DNA of 64,000 bases from Octopus vulgaris (GCA_951406725.2 OX597814.1:34472001-34536000), one strand, 5' to 3'. Shown: positions 1-13,903, counted from the first letter of the stretch. Notes: a model not told the origin generated them from the letters alone. Numbers and translations are program-made.

Positions 1-589
1 TTGAATGATATGTCGTATCATATGTTTCAGGTGTCGCGTTAATTCAAATTATCATTAAATGTTAATTCGGTGGTATTAACTGGAAGGAAAATCACATTCA
101 AGATGATTAAATGATATTTAATGAACAGCCTATTTGCAATATGAACAGCCTATTTGCAAAACCCTTTTTTAATTAGTTTTAAAAGGACGTTAGTTGCTAC
201 TGTTTACCATATGAAATAAATGACTGAATACGTAACATCTTTCGTTTTATTTTAGAAGATTAGTTGAATAAACCAAAGTATCTTGGTTTCAAAGTGGTAT
301 TATTCTAATTTAGGAGGGAGATATATTGACTCTGGTTAAAATAATAGTTTATAGGTAAGTATAGTATTCTGATACATGCTCAGATTCACTGATACATCTA
401 CTGCTTCTCCTATCTATTACATATATTGCATACAACTGATTATTTAAATCACTCTTCCTCTCTTAATCCAGTTTAATTTGTTTTATCCTTGAAAATATAA
501 CTCGATTTAAACAGAATTATATTATAAATCTGTTAATCGGATCATAGTCTGATTTGTTATTCTATCTATTACCTGAGTTGTCAATTTAG

Positions 590-737
590 CTAACAAGAAC
601 AAGTACTTAATTGCCTGAATTAGAGGAAAAATAGGTGAGAATATATCTTAACAGGAACGGTCGGATTTAGAATTTAGACAAAATAGTATTCAAGTCAAAT
701 GACTTAATGAGCAGTTGTACACACAATGTTGCATTGA
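590..737 (+). repeat. ~148-bp direct repeat, copy 1 (copy 2 at 2540-2685)
   Basis: ctaacaagaacaagtacttaattgcctgaattag...caatgttgcattga recurs with a few substitutions at 2540-2685. Confidence 0.9.
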
Positions 738-881
738 CCTTGATTGTAGGCACAATTCTCTGAATTAAGAATGGAAGCATTTTTATTCATACTTTTCACG
801 TGTCTTTCTTAATGTCTTTAAAAATTAATTCGTTACATGCTCAAACGGCAAAAAGCGGGTGTTAATATTTCTAATCCTCAT

Positions 882-1095
882 GACAGCTAGCTGGTAGAAT
901 CGTTAGTACGCCAGCCAAAATGCTTAGTGGCATTTTGTCCGTCTTTTACGTTCTGAGTTCAAAATCCGTCGAGGCAGACTTTGCCTTCCATCCTTTTGGG
1001 ATCCATAAAATAGTACCAGCTGAGCACTGGTGTCAATACTATCGATTTAACCCCATCCCCGAAATTTCTGGCCTTGTGTCAAATTTGAAAGCAAT
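882..1095 (+). mobile_element. SINE family A (Meta-domain-like), diverged copy
   Basis: gctggtagaatcgttagtacg...gttctgagttcaaa...gactttgccttccatccttttggg...agtaccag; same consensus as the copies at 22441, 27040, 27262, 35905 and 45412. Confidence 0.8.
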
Positions 1096-1149
1096 ATTTC
1101 AAATCCCCATAAGTACTGACTTTTTCTTGAATTTTCCTTTTAATTGACA

Positions 1150-2540
1150 AAATAAATTGTTAACTGGCTTGTTGGAGAGTCACAGCCTTCTAAATTCCAA
1201 CCAAAATGGCTTTCACTGCCGCAGAGTTTGCCTAACACAGCGATTACATCACATCGGCGACATCCATAAAGCTTTTGGAACAGGTTCGAAATCTGATGGT
1301 TATATATATCTTAGCTTCAGCAAAGCCTTCGACAGAGTCAAGAACGTATTCCTGTTAAAATTGTCCAATATTAGTATCTGTGGTAAACTGCTCTACTGGA
1401 TTACGTATTTTCTGGTCATTACATATTACAATCAATGGAATCCACTCAAACCAAGTATATGTAACCAGTGGTATTCCTCAGGGGATAGTTTTAGGCCTGC
1501 TTCTCTTTATAGTCTATATAAATGACATCTCATGCGTCATCAAGCACAACAAAATAAAAATATTCGCAGATGATTCCAAACTTCAAAACATTATCGATGG
1601 GGAAGCAGTCTGACCTAAACGCCAGTTTGATTTGCATAGTGTTAGTCATTGGGTGGATAAAAACAACATACTGTTAAATGAAGGACAATTTGAACTCATG
1701 CATTTAGAAAAGAGAATACGCCCAAACAACTATATTTTCTTCTTCCTGTTGAACTACTCAGAACATCCAATAATATTAGGAATTTAGAAGTAATTGCTGA
1801 CAACAACCTCGACTGGAGCGCTCAAACATCAACAATAAAGTCGATGTGGCTCGTAGGATGAACTTCTGTATCCTCAGAAATTTCCCGTCTAGAGAGCCAG
1901 ATGCAATCAGTCCCTTTTCTCATATTTCGTAGGGCTACACCCACAATACTGCTATCTATTGTGTTCTATCTACACCAAACAAAATATTACGAGAATTGAG
2001 TAACTTCAGAAAGCAACCACTAAAGAAAAAAAAAGTAAATAAATAAAGGCATGACTGATCTTGATTTTTAGGACTCACTTAAAACACTGAAACTTTATTC
2101 TCTCCATCGCCGCCGTGAACGCTACATCATCTACCCAGTGTGGAGAACATGCCACTAACATTTCGAAAACGACCTTAACATTAAATTCAAAATTCATCCA
2201 AGGCTCTGGCCTTGTACCATTCATCCCCTATACAATTCAGGCTTACAACATATAAATACATTGCAGCACTTTTTTTCCCCTCAACAGGCCCTGCTCTATT
2301 TAACATTATTCTAAAACAGATCGAAGGAGAAAAAGATCCCACCTTTAAACGATATCTGGGCAAATTGTTTCAAGGGATATCAGAAAAGCCAGCTCTACCT
2401 GGATACATCTCAATCAGCAACAACACTCTACTTGATTGGGCAGTGATACCACAAAACCTGACTGAAAAATGACTTAACAAACTCTATTATTAGGCTGCTA
2501 TTAAGTTAGAAATGACCTGGGTCAACTTTTGGCCGAAACC
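1150..2540 (+). mobile_element. 5'-truncated, decayed non-LTR retrotransposon (CR1/L2-like) RT region plus 3' end
   Basis: Frameshifted RT motifs NQNGF, YLSFSKAFDRV, SGIPQGIVLGLLLFIVYINDI and KIFADDSKL; C-terminal fragment at 2212-2472. Confidence 0.88.
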
Positions 2541-2685
2541 TAACAGGAACAAGTACTTAATTGTCTGAATTAGGAAAAATAGGTGAGAATATATCTTAAC
2601 AGGAATGGTCGGATTTAGAATTTATATAAAATAGTATTCAAGTCAAATGACTTAACGAGCAGTTGTACCCTCAATGTTGCATTGA
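2540..2685 (+). repeat. ~148-bp direct repeat, copy 2
   Basis: Matches 590-737 and starts exactly at the LINE 3' end (ggccgaaacc|taacaggaac). Confidence 0.9.
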
Positions 2686-5600
2686 ACTTTACTATGTTTC
2701 AATACATGACGGTAATTTACTGGTTTTCGCCATCTTATCTATCACGTTATCTATAGAATGCTGTCACTTAAGTTTATCTAAATTATACTGTTACCTTGTG
2801 CTTCAGTAACAAAATGCTTTTATTTTTTAAAATTCTGAATGTATAAATTAGTGGTGTTAAGTTTTGCTCTCTTGCTGCAAGTTAAGAGCTCTCGCATTTT
2901 CGTGTTTCACTATTTCATATCTATCCCTACTCAACGATTACTTCTTAAGGCAGTATAAGAAATTAAGGATTCGTTATTAAGATAAAATATATTTTGACAG
3001 AGCGTACAAGAAAAGCGAACTATAAATCTCAACATATACTGATAATACTTCTCTCAGTTTGTTTTAAAACAACATTGGTTTTAAAACACTCAGAAACAGA
3101 ACAGTCTGAGTTAATTTATTTAAAATTATTTTCTGTCGTTTATAGTATTTTTTGTTTGTTCACTCTATTAGCGAAATAATTTAATGTCGATGGAGCAATA
3201 AATTAACAGGAGGTACTCTGCTGCATCTCTTCGGTTGTTAGCTGCATAAACGGTTTTTAGAAACCATTAAAAAAAACCAACCCAATCTATTTATGTCGGT
3301 TCTGTATACGAAATAAATATATATTTGATGTAAATCTAGCGCAATTCATCATAATGAACAAATGTAATGACACATATCTACATCTTTATTTGAAATTTAT
3401 GTTTAGATAAACATTATTCCACTCAGATAATAACATACTTAGCTTTATAGGATGCTGACGATAGAGTAATGGTGGAACGACAACCTAAAACTATTTCAAT
3501 GTTTAGGTTTTGTTCTTGTTCTTCTGAAGTTCAAATTTCTTTGGGGGTGGACTTTGATACTTACGAGCCCAGCGTTAATAAAATAAGCACTTCATCATGT
3601 ACATAAACGATTCAATAGATAGCATTGAGTGAATTAGAAGAATTTGCTTGCAATTTCTAACAGGTCGAGCATATGCATGAGGGTTCTCCTTATTGGCTCA
3701 ATGGAAAGTAGGTAAGTATTTATGCAAACGAAAGTGTACTTATGTATAGGAAGAAGTGTACTGTGATCAACAACCCAAATACGGAAGCAGTGGCAAAAGA
3801 AGAACTTGACCGTGTGTCCCACAAAATGCTTGAATGATGGGATATTTAACTGGAAATTTAACAAATATCATGCACGAAGAAACGCTTCTTTAATTTGAGA
3901 CAACGACGCTGTTTCAGACTCCACAAATTATCTTGGCAAAGGTTTGAATATTTCAGTATCAAATTTTTTTTTCATAAAAACATATGACTTTATGCCTTGT
4001 CAAAAGGTACCAAATGTAAGCTTGCAAGATATGTTGAATACCTTAGCTTTCCATCTGTCTTTTGGTTTAACACATCAGTTGATCCTTGAGTGCCTTTAAC
4101 GAAGACCATTCTGTTTCAGTATTCGTGATAAGTCTCTATGTGAGAATAACTTTCTCCTTTTCTCTTATCAGTGATGAGTTCCTGAAAATGGTCATAGGCT
4201 CTGACCTTTTTTCTCTGACGAATCCAAAGAAGATATCAGTTTCTATCTATTATTACATTGATTCTCTTCTATTAGAAAGTGCCTATAGGAAAATATATGG
4301 ACGTTACAATATTGCATCTCACTTTTCTAGTAATACAAGGACTTTTGCTTTAGGAAAATGATATCAGAAGTGACAAGTCTTTCTTTTTCCTTGGCAAATC
4401 GCATTTAAAACCATGTTATCCCTCTCTTCACGCTAGAATGAAGTGTAAGAATTTGGGCTGTTCTTTCTAACAAAATAAATGAGTAACCGTATTGAATTAC
4501 TTTTGTTGGTATATGAACCTGTTTCGCACGGCGTTGCAAATGCGTTTTAGTCAAGAATAATTTTGGACGTGATGATCGTCCATCTCGGTTTCGATTTCGT
4601 ATTATAAATATATCATATTTACTTCCATCATTAATACTATTCCAAAAAAGTATGAATCACACAATCCCCAGCTTATCCTTTTCGATTATCTAAGTTGTTA
4701 TATCTACGTACGAAATTAATATCTGGTAAGAGATCAAGCTAGTGGAGAAAATCTAGAAGTGAATAATTAACGTGATTTTGGAAGACCTGAACGTTATATC
4801 CTATCAAAAATTCGTATAAGAATTTTACTGTGTATAAATAATTACTTCACTGGTAGTACGGTCGATGAATTGGCAGATATAATAAAGATAAATTAAACCC
4901 TTTGTGGTATTTAGTTTTCTTAGTTGCAATCCGTGTTGAAGTTACAACCGGGTCACCCTTGTCTTACATTTAATTATATATCAGTTCTCCAATACAAGAA
5001 ATAGTAATTACGTAGGGTAGATCTCTGTTTTCATGATTCACTTTGAACTCTTTCCTTTATCACATGGTTGTCTGTGAAAAGATGCTTGCTCTAACTTTGC
5101 TTATATTTTCCCTTTGAGAATGCGAACATTCTCGCCTATTCGTGTTAGAGAAAATGTGATCGATGAAAATTAATCGACTAGGCCATAGTACTAGAACAAC
5201 CGTCAGATGTTGTTAATTAATGAAGTTGAAAATTATTAAAACAATTTCGGTAAATTGTTCCGATGATAACAAAAATAGAAAACACAACAATATCAAAAAC
5301 AACAAATGAAACACGAGTTGACAATCAATTGAATGACTGGAATAATTAACGACCTGATATATCAAGTGTATTTGAATAATATAAGAACTTGAAAAAATAT
5401 ATAACTGGTGAAGAATATTGGTTGTGTTAGATGCCAGCTATATTGAAATATATTCATTACAATCGGACCATGCATTTGGTGATATTTATTGGCAAGAGTC
5501 AATTAAATTCATAAAATTATCAAAAAATTGAGATTGATTAGTGAGGTCAATAAAAGTTTAATGTTTTGTGCTGATGCCATCATCCACAATCTAAGATATA

Positions 5601-5959
5601 TTTTTTCTTCACAAGGCTCTAAAATAAATAACTTTATTTTGTTCTTTAGGTAATAAAGACTTCTCATGAATAAGTTGAAGGTTTAGACACAAGTCCATTG
5701 TTTATGGAAACCAGCATGATGAACGTTAGACCAGTGTTATCCAAAAAGACAAAGTGATAAGCTTGGAACCTGTGATAATCATTTATCATGAGTGAATGAG
5801 CAACGTGAAATAAAGTGCCTTTATGACAGATTGTATTATTTATGAATAAGTTGCAATAGTGATTAATACTTTGTTTTTCGAAATTCGTGTTAGTAACCAG
5901 TCTCAGCTAATAACGTAAGGACACAACTCTTAAACAGCCCAATAATTAAAACGGTAAAT

Positions 5960-8620
5960 CGAATGATGAAAACAACAGTAACACTAATGTATACAGAAAG
6001 AGCAGTAGCATCGATAAACTTGTTTTATTTGTTTGCAATGAACGGTTTAAATTACTTCTTACCATTGAGGACAAGGGTAGCGATGGTCAGTCAAGTGGCC
6101 GAGAAGGATGAGCCTCCAGTGCTGAAATATAAATTAAGTTGCCACGAGGGCTCTTTAAAAGACAGGGTGAGAGCCTAATTTGAGAGGGAAATGGAGGTAG
6201 ATTTAGAAAGATATTTTAATGCCTTTGAGGGGAAGAAGTGGAGAGACGCATGTTGCCACTGATGGTAATTGTTCAACCAACGAAGAATAAATTCCAGCTA
6301 GTGCTGGCTTTTAGGAGTTGAATGACCATGTGGTATGTCAAAACACACAAGAGAGGCTGTAGATGTAAGTAGATAGACCTTGTGACGGTGGATACAAATG
6401 ACTGGTGTTTCTACAATAGGTGATTTGAAGTCAGCCGATCGGATCCACAGCTTTTCGTGGGCGAAAAGTTGTAGAAAATACAAGTTATTGTTGTACGAGG
6501 GTAAGTACGCGAGTAAAATGTACTGCTTGACTAGATTGGGTTTTGGATCAAACTCCGCACCAAAGATCCTAAAAGCATTTTTCAAGACGATCCTGAGAAT
6601 TGTAGGCAGTGAAATGAGCCATTACGCCTATTTAAATAATATCTTGGCAGACGAGATGGTGGTAACTCATGATCTCGGTAGTGGTCATAGGTTATCTGAA
6701 GGGATTTGGTTTGGCTGCCAAACAACCGGAGTCTATTGTGGAAAGGTCAACGTTGGAACTGAGGCAGGTCGGATGAGCTGGTGTTTCGGAGAGGAAGTGA
6801 AGGATGATCTGTTTTGTCAAGAGCTGTTTTCGATATGCGAGCAACTGGTTGGTCATTACCATACTGTTGCATGCAATATGGCCCCGAATTGCGTGTAGCT
6901 ATGTGAAGAGGAGAGCATATGGAGCGAGCTGGAAGGAGAAAACTGGAGATAGAAGAGATCCAACGGCAAAGGGTATCTTAGGGAGGGTGAGAAAGAAGGA
7001 TCCAGTGTGAGAAAATTGGTATGTTTCTGTGTTAGAGAGAATTGTTGTATGGTGAGTTGCTAGTAGTATAGCGATCGTTAGTAGTCTTGAAAATAGGTGA
7101 AATTGAGGTTTTGAAAAGAAGATGACTACAACCATATCAGTGTAATCGGGCTGGATGCCGTGTTGAAGAAAATAAATTTTTATTTGTTTGCAATGAACGG
7201 TTTAAATTACTTCTTACCATTGAGGACAAGGGTAGCGATGGTCAGTCAAGTGGCCGAGAAGGATGAGTGAGAGCCTAATTTGAGAGGGAAATGGAGGTAG
7301 ATTTAGAAAGATATTTTAGCCTTTGGGGAAGAGTGATAACGCATTCCGTTAAGTGTTCAAAAAAAGAAAAATTTCGAATGTGCTGGCCACTAAAGTTGTA
7401 TACCAGTATTCGTGAACACACCTTGTTTAATGTAATTTTAATACTTTTTGACGGTGGCAACTTTCAACCAATTTTTGCTGAAAATATATTTATTCAAACA
7501 GGGAGAGCCTAAAAATTTAAAATATGTTAATTTTTTGAAAGGGTAAGTGTTCCGAGTAACAATTACTTGTTCAACAGGCAATAAATGTTTTTTAGAGTTG
7601 AATGACCATTGGTATGTATTTAAAACATCCATCATTGTAGGAACCTGCGACGCCTAGATGGATAAACTTTGGTAACATGGTGTTTCAATAGTATGAGTCG
7701 GTGAGAGCTTTTCGTGGGGATTTGGTTATTGCCAAACAAAGTCTATTGTGGAAAGGTCAACGTTGGAACTGAGGCAGGTCGGATGAGCTGGTGTTTCGGA
7801 GAGGAAGTGAAGGATGATCTGTTTTGTCAAGAGCTGTTTTCGATATGCGAGCAACTGGTTGGTCATTACCATACTGTATGCAGATATGTGGTAATTGCGT
7901 TAGCTATAAAAGAGGGTTTGGTTAATCAGCCGAAGAAAACTGGAGATAGAAAGATCCAACGGCAAAGGGTATCTTAGGGAGGGTGAGAAAGAAGGATCCA
8001 GTGTGAGAAAATTGGTATGTTTCTGTGTTAGAGTTAGAAGAATATTGAAATTGTAATGGCTTTAGTAAGAAAAACAAAGAGAGAAGAAGAAAAGACTACA
8101 ACCAAAGTAGTTGGGCTGGTTGTTGAAGAAAATAAATTTAGCTTTTGGGTGAGGGTTGCGTGATGTCCAATTCCGAACTGAGACTGGGATTGGTAATTTG
8201 GTGGGTGAGATCAGTAATAACTCGCCAGAAGAGAATTTGGAGCTGCAGAAATGATTGATAAGCGACGCCCAGATATCCTTCAAAGTGGTTGGTGGTAGAT
8301 GTGATGCTTTGCTGGCAAGGGTTCTATCACACCACGATTGAACGCGGGCCCAGGCGAGTGGCTATTTGCAAAGAAATTGGGCCAGAGAGAGCTATTGGAA
8401 TTACTAGAGTTCTGAACTAAATATTCTTCGAAAGGGTCTCTGTAGACCATTTCAAGCACAACACCTACAGGTACTGGAGGAAAGGAAGGACTTACATCAG
8501 TTGAGATCGAAGATGAAGTTTGGGTGAAGACGCCCGCTGATACGATCTCCATTCCAGTTGTGGAAGATAGGTGTGACCAACTTTAAAAATCGGAATAACA
8601 TTTCCCTCGTTGGGATACCC
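5960..8620 (+). mobile_element. Decayed LTR (Gypsy-like) retrotransposon pol remnant with internal duplication
   Basis: RT-like YCLTRLGFGSNSAPKILK and YLNNILADE; ELFSICEQLVGHY; integrase C-terminal-like DEVWVKTP near 8510-8540; many stops and frameshifts. Confidence 0.72.
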
Positions 8621-10299
8621 CTTTCTTTTCTGCCTGCCATGGGTTTCCTTACTTAAATTATACATCATTTACTAGTTTTTCGTGATACTTATTCATCCTT
8701 GTCTTAATTTTTAATTTTAATTTTTATCTTTTTTGACGTGTTTTTCTTTAACTTTCAATTTCTAATTTTCCCCCTTTGCTGCAATTAATATATTTATTTA
8801 CTTATAAATGGGAGACTTCTGCTCAATTTTTATTTCAATTTCGATCCATTTATTAGTGTTTACATTTTTTGTAAAGTGTCAATAGTTTCCGAACGTAACA
8901 ACTTCTTGTTCAACAGGCATAAATGTTTATTTGATGAGTTACTTAATAATTATCACTGCATCATTTAAAAACATACATAAACCATCATATTATTCCGGAA
9001 CCTTGCGACTGCCTGATGATTGGTTACGTGAAACTTTGTGTAACAGTGTGTGAAGCTTCAATACGTATGTATGTGCATGCGTGCACGTGCATGTGTGCGG
9101 GTGTATATGTGGTTGTGTGTATAAAGTCAGAGATTTCAGTGATAATCCTCACATTAAATGGGACATGCGATTTACCGTTTTGGTTTTATACTTGATTTTA
9201 TAAACAAGTGAATTTTTTGAGCCTTAACAAAGTCTGGGAAAATATTCGTAACTCATAGAACAACACAATACTTCATACTGAATTATCAGACAGTGTTGAG
9301 TAATCTTGATTAACTTTTATAAAACTGTGGGTTTGCAGTTAATCACCGAAGAAATGATTGTTATGAGTAAATGCCACACGAGACAAAGAATAATTTTCTT
9401 TAAAATGGACGATGACAGAATGATCTTGTTTAACCTCCTAGAACGTAGCAATTTATTTTCCTTCTAGCAGTCTCAGAAGACAACATATTGCAAATTGTAA
9501 GATGGCTTTAAGTAAGAAAAAAACAAAGAGAAAGAAGACAGAAAAAGAAAAACTCAAAGCTTAGTTGGCCAAGCGAAATTGTTATAAAAACATAAGGCAT
9601 ATGTAGCTTTGAGGGTAAGATAAGATTATACATGAATACAACATTAGTTGGATTCATTGCCTCAGAGATACTGCATTCAGTAAACCAAGTCTTTTGAGAT
9701 AAGTAGAATCCAAATAACCCCACAACTATTAATGCCAAGTATTATTTCGTTTTTCTTACTGAAAAAAGAAAGCATGCAATCGATTTCCCAGACATTTTGG
9801 ATTGTTTATTGAAATAAATGAAGACATTCGACATCACGTTTCTTCTTTTTTTTTCTTTCTTTCTTTTATGAATTTTTGAAAACTTCATTTATTATGAATT
9901 TTATTAATTTTTGTATTGACTCCAAGAAAAAGAAAACTAGTTTATCGATTTACTGCTGCCATAATTTTCTGCGGTTTCCAACACTAGTAGACATCAACAC
10001 ACATGCACGCACGCGCGCACGAACGCACGCACGAACACGCACACACACGTACACACATAGCCAAGCACACACATAAATGCACAAATAACATTGAATGTAC
10101 GTATGTATTCCAAGAAGGCCGAAATACAAAATCTTGTTAGCCGACTGCATTGTATTTTTGCATTATATTTCACTAAAAGTATATCAACATCTTCGTTAAT
10201 CAACAACATCTTAATTAATCAAAATAATACTTAAATTTATAATTTAAAATAAAATAATTTATATAAAAAATTATTATTTTATTTCTTTTATATTTTATT

Positions 10300-10331
<32 letters not shown>

Positions 10332-10443
10332 TTTTTTCTTTTTTTCTTTTTTTTTGTGTTTTTTTTGTTTTCTTTTTTTTTTTTTTAAAAAAATTTGTTT
10401 TATTTATATTTTTTAATATAATTTTTTTTGTATTTTTTCTTTT

Positions 10444-10553
<110 letters not shown>

Positions 10554-10591
10554 CTCGCATATCTACATACACACACATACGTGCATACATA

Positions 10592-11800
10592 TACAGGGTG
10601 GGGAAGCAAAATTTACAATATTTTGAGGCAGGGATTGAAAGACATTGTATAACCAATTAGTTTATTGAAAGTCATGAGAATTATTTGCCACAAGAAAATT
10701 TACATAATAGAAACTGTTTTTATTCTATGTGTCCTCCTTCTTTCTCAATAACTGCCTTCACACGCTTCTTGAAACTTGCACAAGTGTTCCTCAAATATTC
10801 AGGAGACAAAGTCTCCCATTCTTCTTTAATAGTATCCTTAAGAGAGTCGACATTGCTGTGTGATGTTCTATTGGTAACATGTTCTAAAACGCCCCAAATA
10901 GCATAATCCAGAGGGTTTAGATCTGGGCTAGAAGGTCGCCATAAACATGATTCCAAAAAATTGCTAAAGTTGGATTTGCAGAAATCTTGTATTTTTCTAG
11001 CTGTGTGTGCTGGAGCACCATCCTCTGTCCATGCATAATTACCATCTGGGTAGTTTACTTTAAGCCATGGCAATACCTGGTGTCTCAGAGTCTTGCAGTA
11101 ATTATTAACATTGATATTTTCATCAGCTTTGTAGAATTTTATAGGCGTTTTCTTTCCATCGGAAGCCACAACACCAAAAGCCATAACTTGAGCAGGATGT
11201 TTTGTTTTAAATGTCCCCTTAACCTCAGCTGTTGATTTTGCAATAAATCTGTCATTTCTGCTGTTCAGAACAGCATCAACAGTGAAGATCTTTTCATCTG
11301 AAAAGATCGTTACAATAGATGACTTTTTCTTGAACCATGTAATAATTTTCTTGCACCTTTGCAATCTCTTTTCCTTCATAGCTGTTGTCAACAAGTATTT
11401 TGGTGTTCTTGCGTAAGATTTTAACCTCAAATCATATTTTACTGCATTTCTAATGGTCTTGTTGACTACCTCAAGTTCAATTGCCATTTTTCTCATGGAT
11501 TGAGTTGGATCCTTTAGGATTTTGGATTTGAGGGCTTTAATAAAAGCTTTGGTACGTTTTTTGTTGATTCCTCCACTTCCAGACTTCCTCGTAATAGTTT
11601 TGCTCGTAGTCATTCTATTCTTTACATTATAAACAGTTTCTATGGACACTCCAACTATTCTTGATCTCTCCTTTGGTGTGACGAGTGCATTCAGCAAATC
11701 ACACACTCTTTGACATTTGCTTTCCTGATTACTCATATGGGCAAAAGTTTCTGAAAAGGTAAGGATAATAGTGTTAGGTATGATTACGACATCACAATAT
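10592..11800 (-). mobile_element. Tc1/mariner superfamily DNA transposon, maT (DD37D) type; one terminus missing
   Basis: TA followed by CAGGGTGGGGAAGCAAAATTTACAAT terminus at 10592; transposase ORF inside; no matching inverted terminus found after 11800. Confidence 0.9.
10720..11736 (-). CDS. DD37D (maT-family) transposase, uninterrupted 338 aa
   Basis: N-terminal HTH-like region; IFSDEKIF (D1), WTEDGAPAH (D2), SSPDLNPLDY (D3), with 37 residues counted between D2 and D3; ends EGGHIE. Confidence 0.93.
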   Translation of the reverse strand: MSNQESKCQRVCDLLNALVTPKERSRIVGVSIETVYNVKNRMTTSKTITRKSGSGGINKKRTKAFIKALKSKILKDPTQSMRKMAIELEVVNKTIRNAVKYDLRLKSYARTPKYLLTTAMKEKRLQRCKKIITWFKKKSSIVTIFSDEKIFTVDAVLNSRNDRFIAKSTAEVKGTFKTKHPAQVMAFGVVASDGKKTPIKFYKADENINVNNYCKTLRHQVLPWLKVNYPDGNYAWTEDGAPAHTARKIQDFCKSNFSNFLESCLWRPSSPDLNPLDYAIWGVLEHVTNRTSHSNVDSLKDTIKEEWETLSPEYLRNTCASFKKRVKAVIEKEGGHIE

Positions 11801-12042
11801 AATTAAAAAAAAAAAAAAAAAAAAAAAATTTTTTTATATTTATATACGTACACATGCATATGTACATATACATATATATGCATACTTGCGTACACATATT
11901 TGCATGTGTGTATATGGGAGTATGGATATATGCATATGTGCGCATATATGCATATGCGCATATATATATATATATATGTGCATATATATATATATACATG
12001 CACACAGATACAAACACACATGTAGCATCTATATACAGACAC

Positions 12043-12124
<82 letters not shown>

Positions 12125-12805
12125 CGTGTGTGTGAGTGTGTGTGTGTCTCTGTATATATATATTTATGCGTATATTCTACAGATTACGCATATCCGTGTA
12201 CTTACAGATGCATATACATGCACATACTTATGTGCATGTGCATGTGTGTGAGTATGCGTCTGTTTCTATGAGTGTGTCCATTTGTGCATACGGCTGTATT
12301 TGCGTTTGCAATTTATATATGTGTATATGTTAAAGAGAAATAAAAGAGACAGTTAAAATCATTTCCAAACCGATATATTGATTTCTATTAAAAAAATAAA
12401 TAAATAAATAAATAAAATAGTTGAAAGTGCTTAGGAAACAAAACAGTTTTCGAAAATATCTTACTAAAATGAAATTATTATATCAAAAAAAAAAGAAAAG
12501 AAAAAAGAAATAAATTACAATAAACATGTATAATAAGAAATAGAATAAAATATAAACTAGACGCTGCAAAATATTTTTAAAATTTGCACCGGAGAATACA
12601 GATTCTTTTAATATACATAACTACATTGATGTAGTGTTTTCTGAAAGTTCTCGGAATTCGATCTTTTAGTAAGTTAACCAACTTTTAAATATTGACTGAA
12701 ACGTTGCTTCCTTTACAGTTCGCTTAACACAGAAGATTCATTTTTTTATTTTAGTAAAATAAATATAGTAACTACTTCAAATTGAAATACATACATAAAT
12801 ACAAA

Positions 12806-12882
<77 letters not shown>
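12806..12882. repeat. (CA)n microsatellite
   Basis: Pure CA run. Confidence 0.95.
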
Positions 12883-12885
<3 letters not shown>

Positions 12886-13643
12886 TATGATGTAATGCTA
12901 CAGACTCACAAATCAGTATTCTTTCCATTAACAATAAACATAAGATTGAACTAAACAACATAATTCGATTTTTTAAAGTAACTCACAAATGTTGAAGTTT
13001 AAAGCTTACATTAGCGATTTATTATTTAATAGGGAAATTAAACCCCGTCGGTTATAGGCCGAGTATTTGATTACGATCTAGACATAAATTATAGGTAAGC
13101 TGTTTTGTTTATTGTTTATGATAGTAGAGAATGCTTTTGAAGTTGGGTGCATTTAGTAAGATATGGTCCTAATCTTTCTGAACAAATGATAATGGAATCT
13201 TCTCTCTATAAATAAGAACCGATATTTGTAGATCAAGGCAGATTGAATGTTGAGATATATTTTTCTCTTTCAAATTAAATCAATAAGCTAAGTAAAGTGG
13301 AAGAGATCGATGTCTTTCTATCTGACAGGTTTACATCTCTTCCTACTCTGCAATAATTTCTACAACAAAAAATTGTGACATTTGTGCCGAACAGGCCAAG
13401 GTCCTACAAGAAAAATCAAATACTAGTTGGATCGGTACTCCACCACCGAACTGCTTTCCTTTTTCTCCCTCTGCATACCTCGGGTTTTACGCAGAAATTG
13501 GGTTTTAGAACGTATCAAGTTCCAGTGTCCGATGAAGGACTCAAGCTCATTCACACGAAGAGATAATGCATTACTGACACGGTGATTTTTATGCTTTTTC
13601 ATATATTAAAAATATTTGAAAAAGAAAAGAGAAAATATGAATT

Positions 13644-13806
13644 AGGCGCAGGAGTGGCTATGTAGTAAGAAGCTTGCTTCTCAACCACATGGTTCCGGGT
13701 TCAGTCCCACTGTGTGGCACCTTGGGCAAGTGTCTTCTACTATAGCCTCGGGTCGACCAAAACCTTGTGAGTGGAAGTGGTAGACGGAAACTGAAAGAAG
13801 CCCGTC

Positions 13807-13903
<97 letters not shown>

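Noticed and set aside
121-159. 20-bp tandem duplication atgaacagcctatttgcaa (similar case near 19473-19533)
   Set aside because: Ordinary slippage duplication with no further structure.
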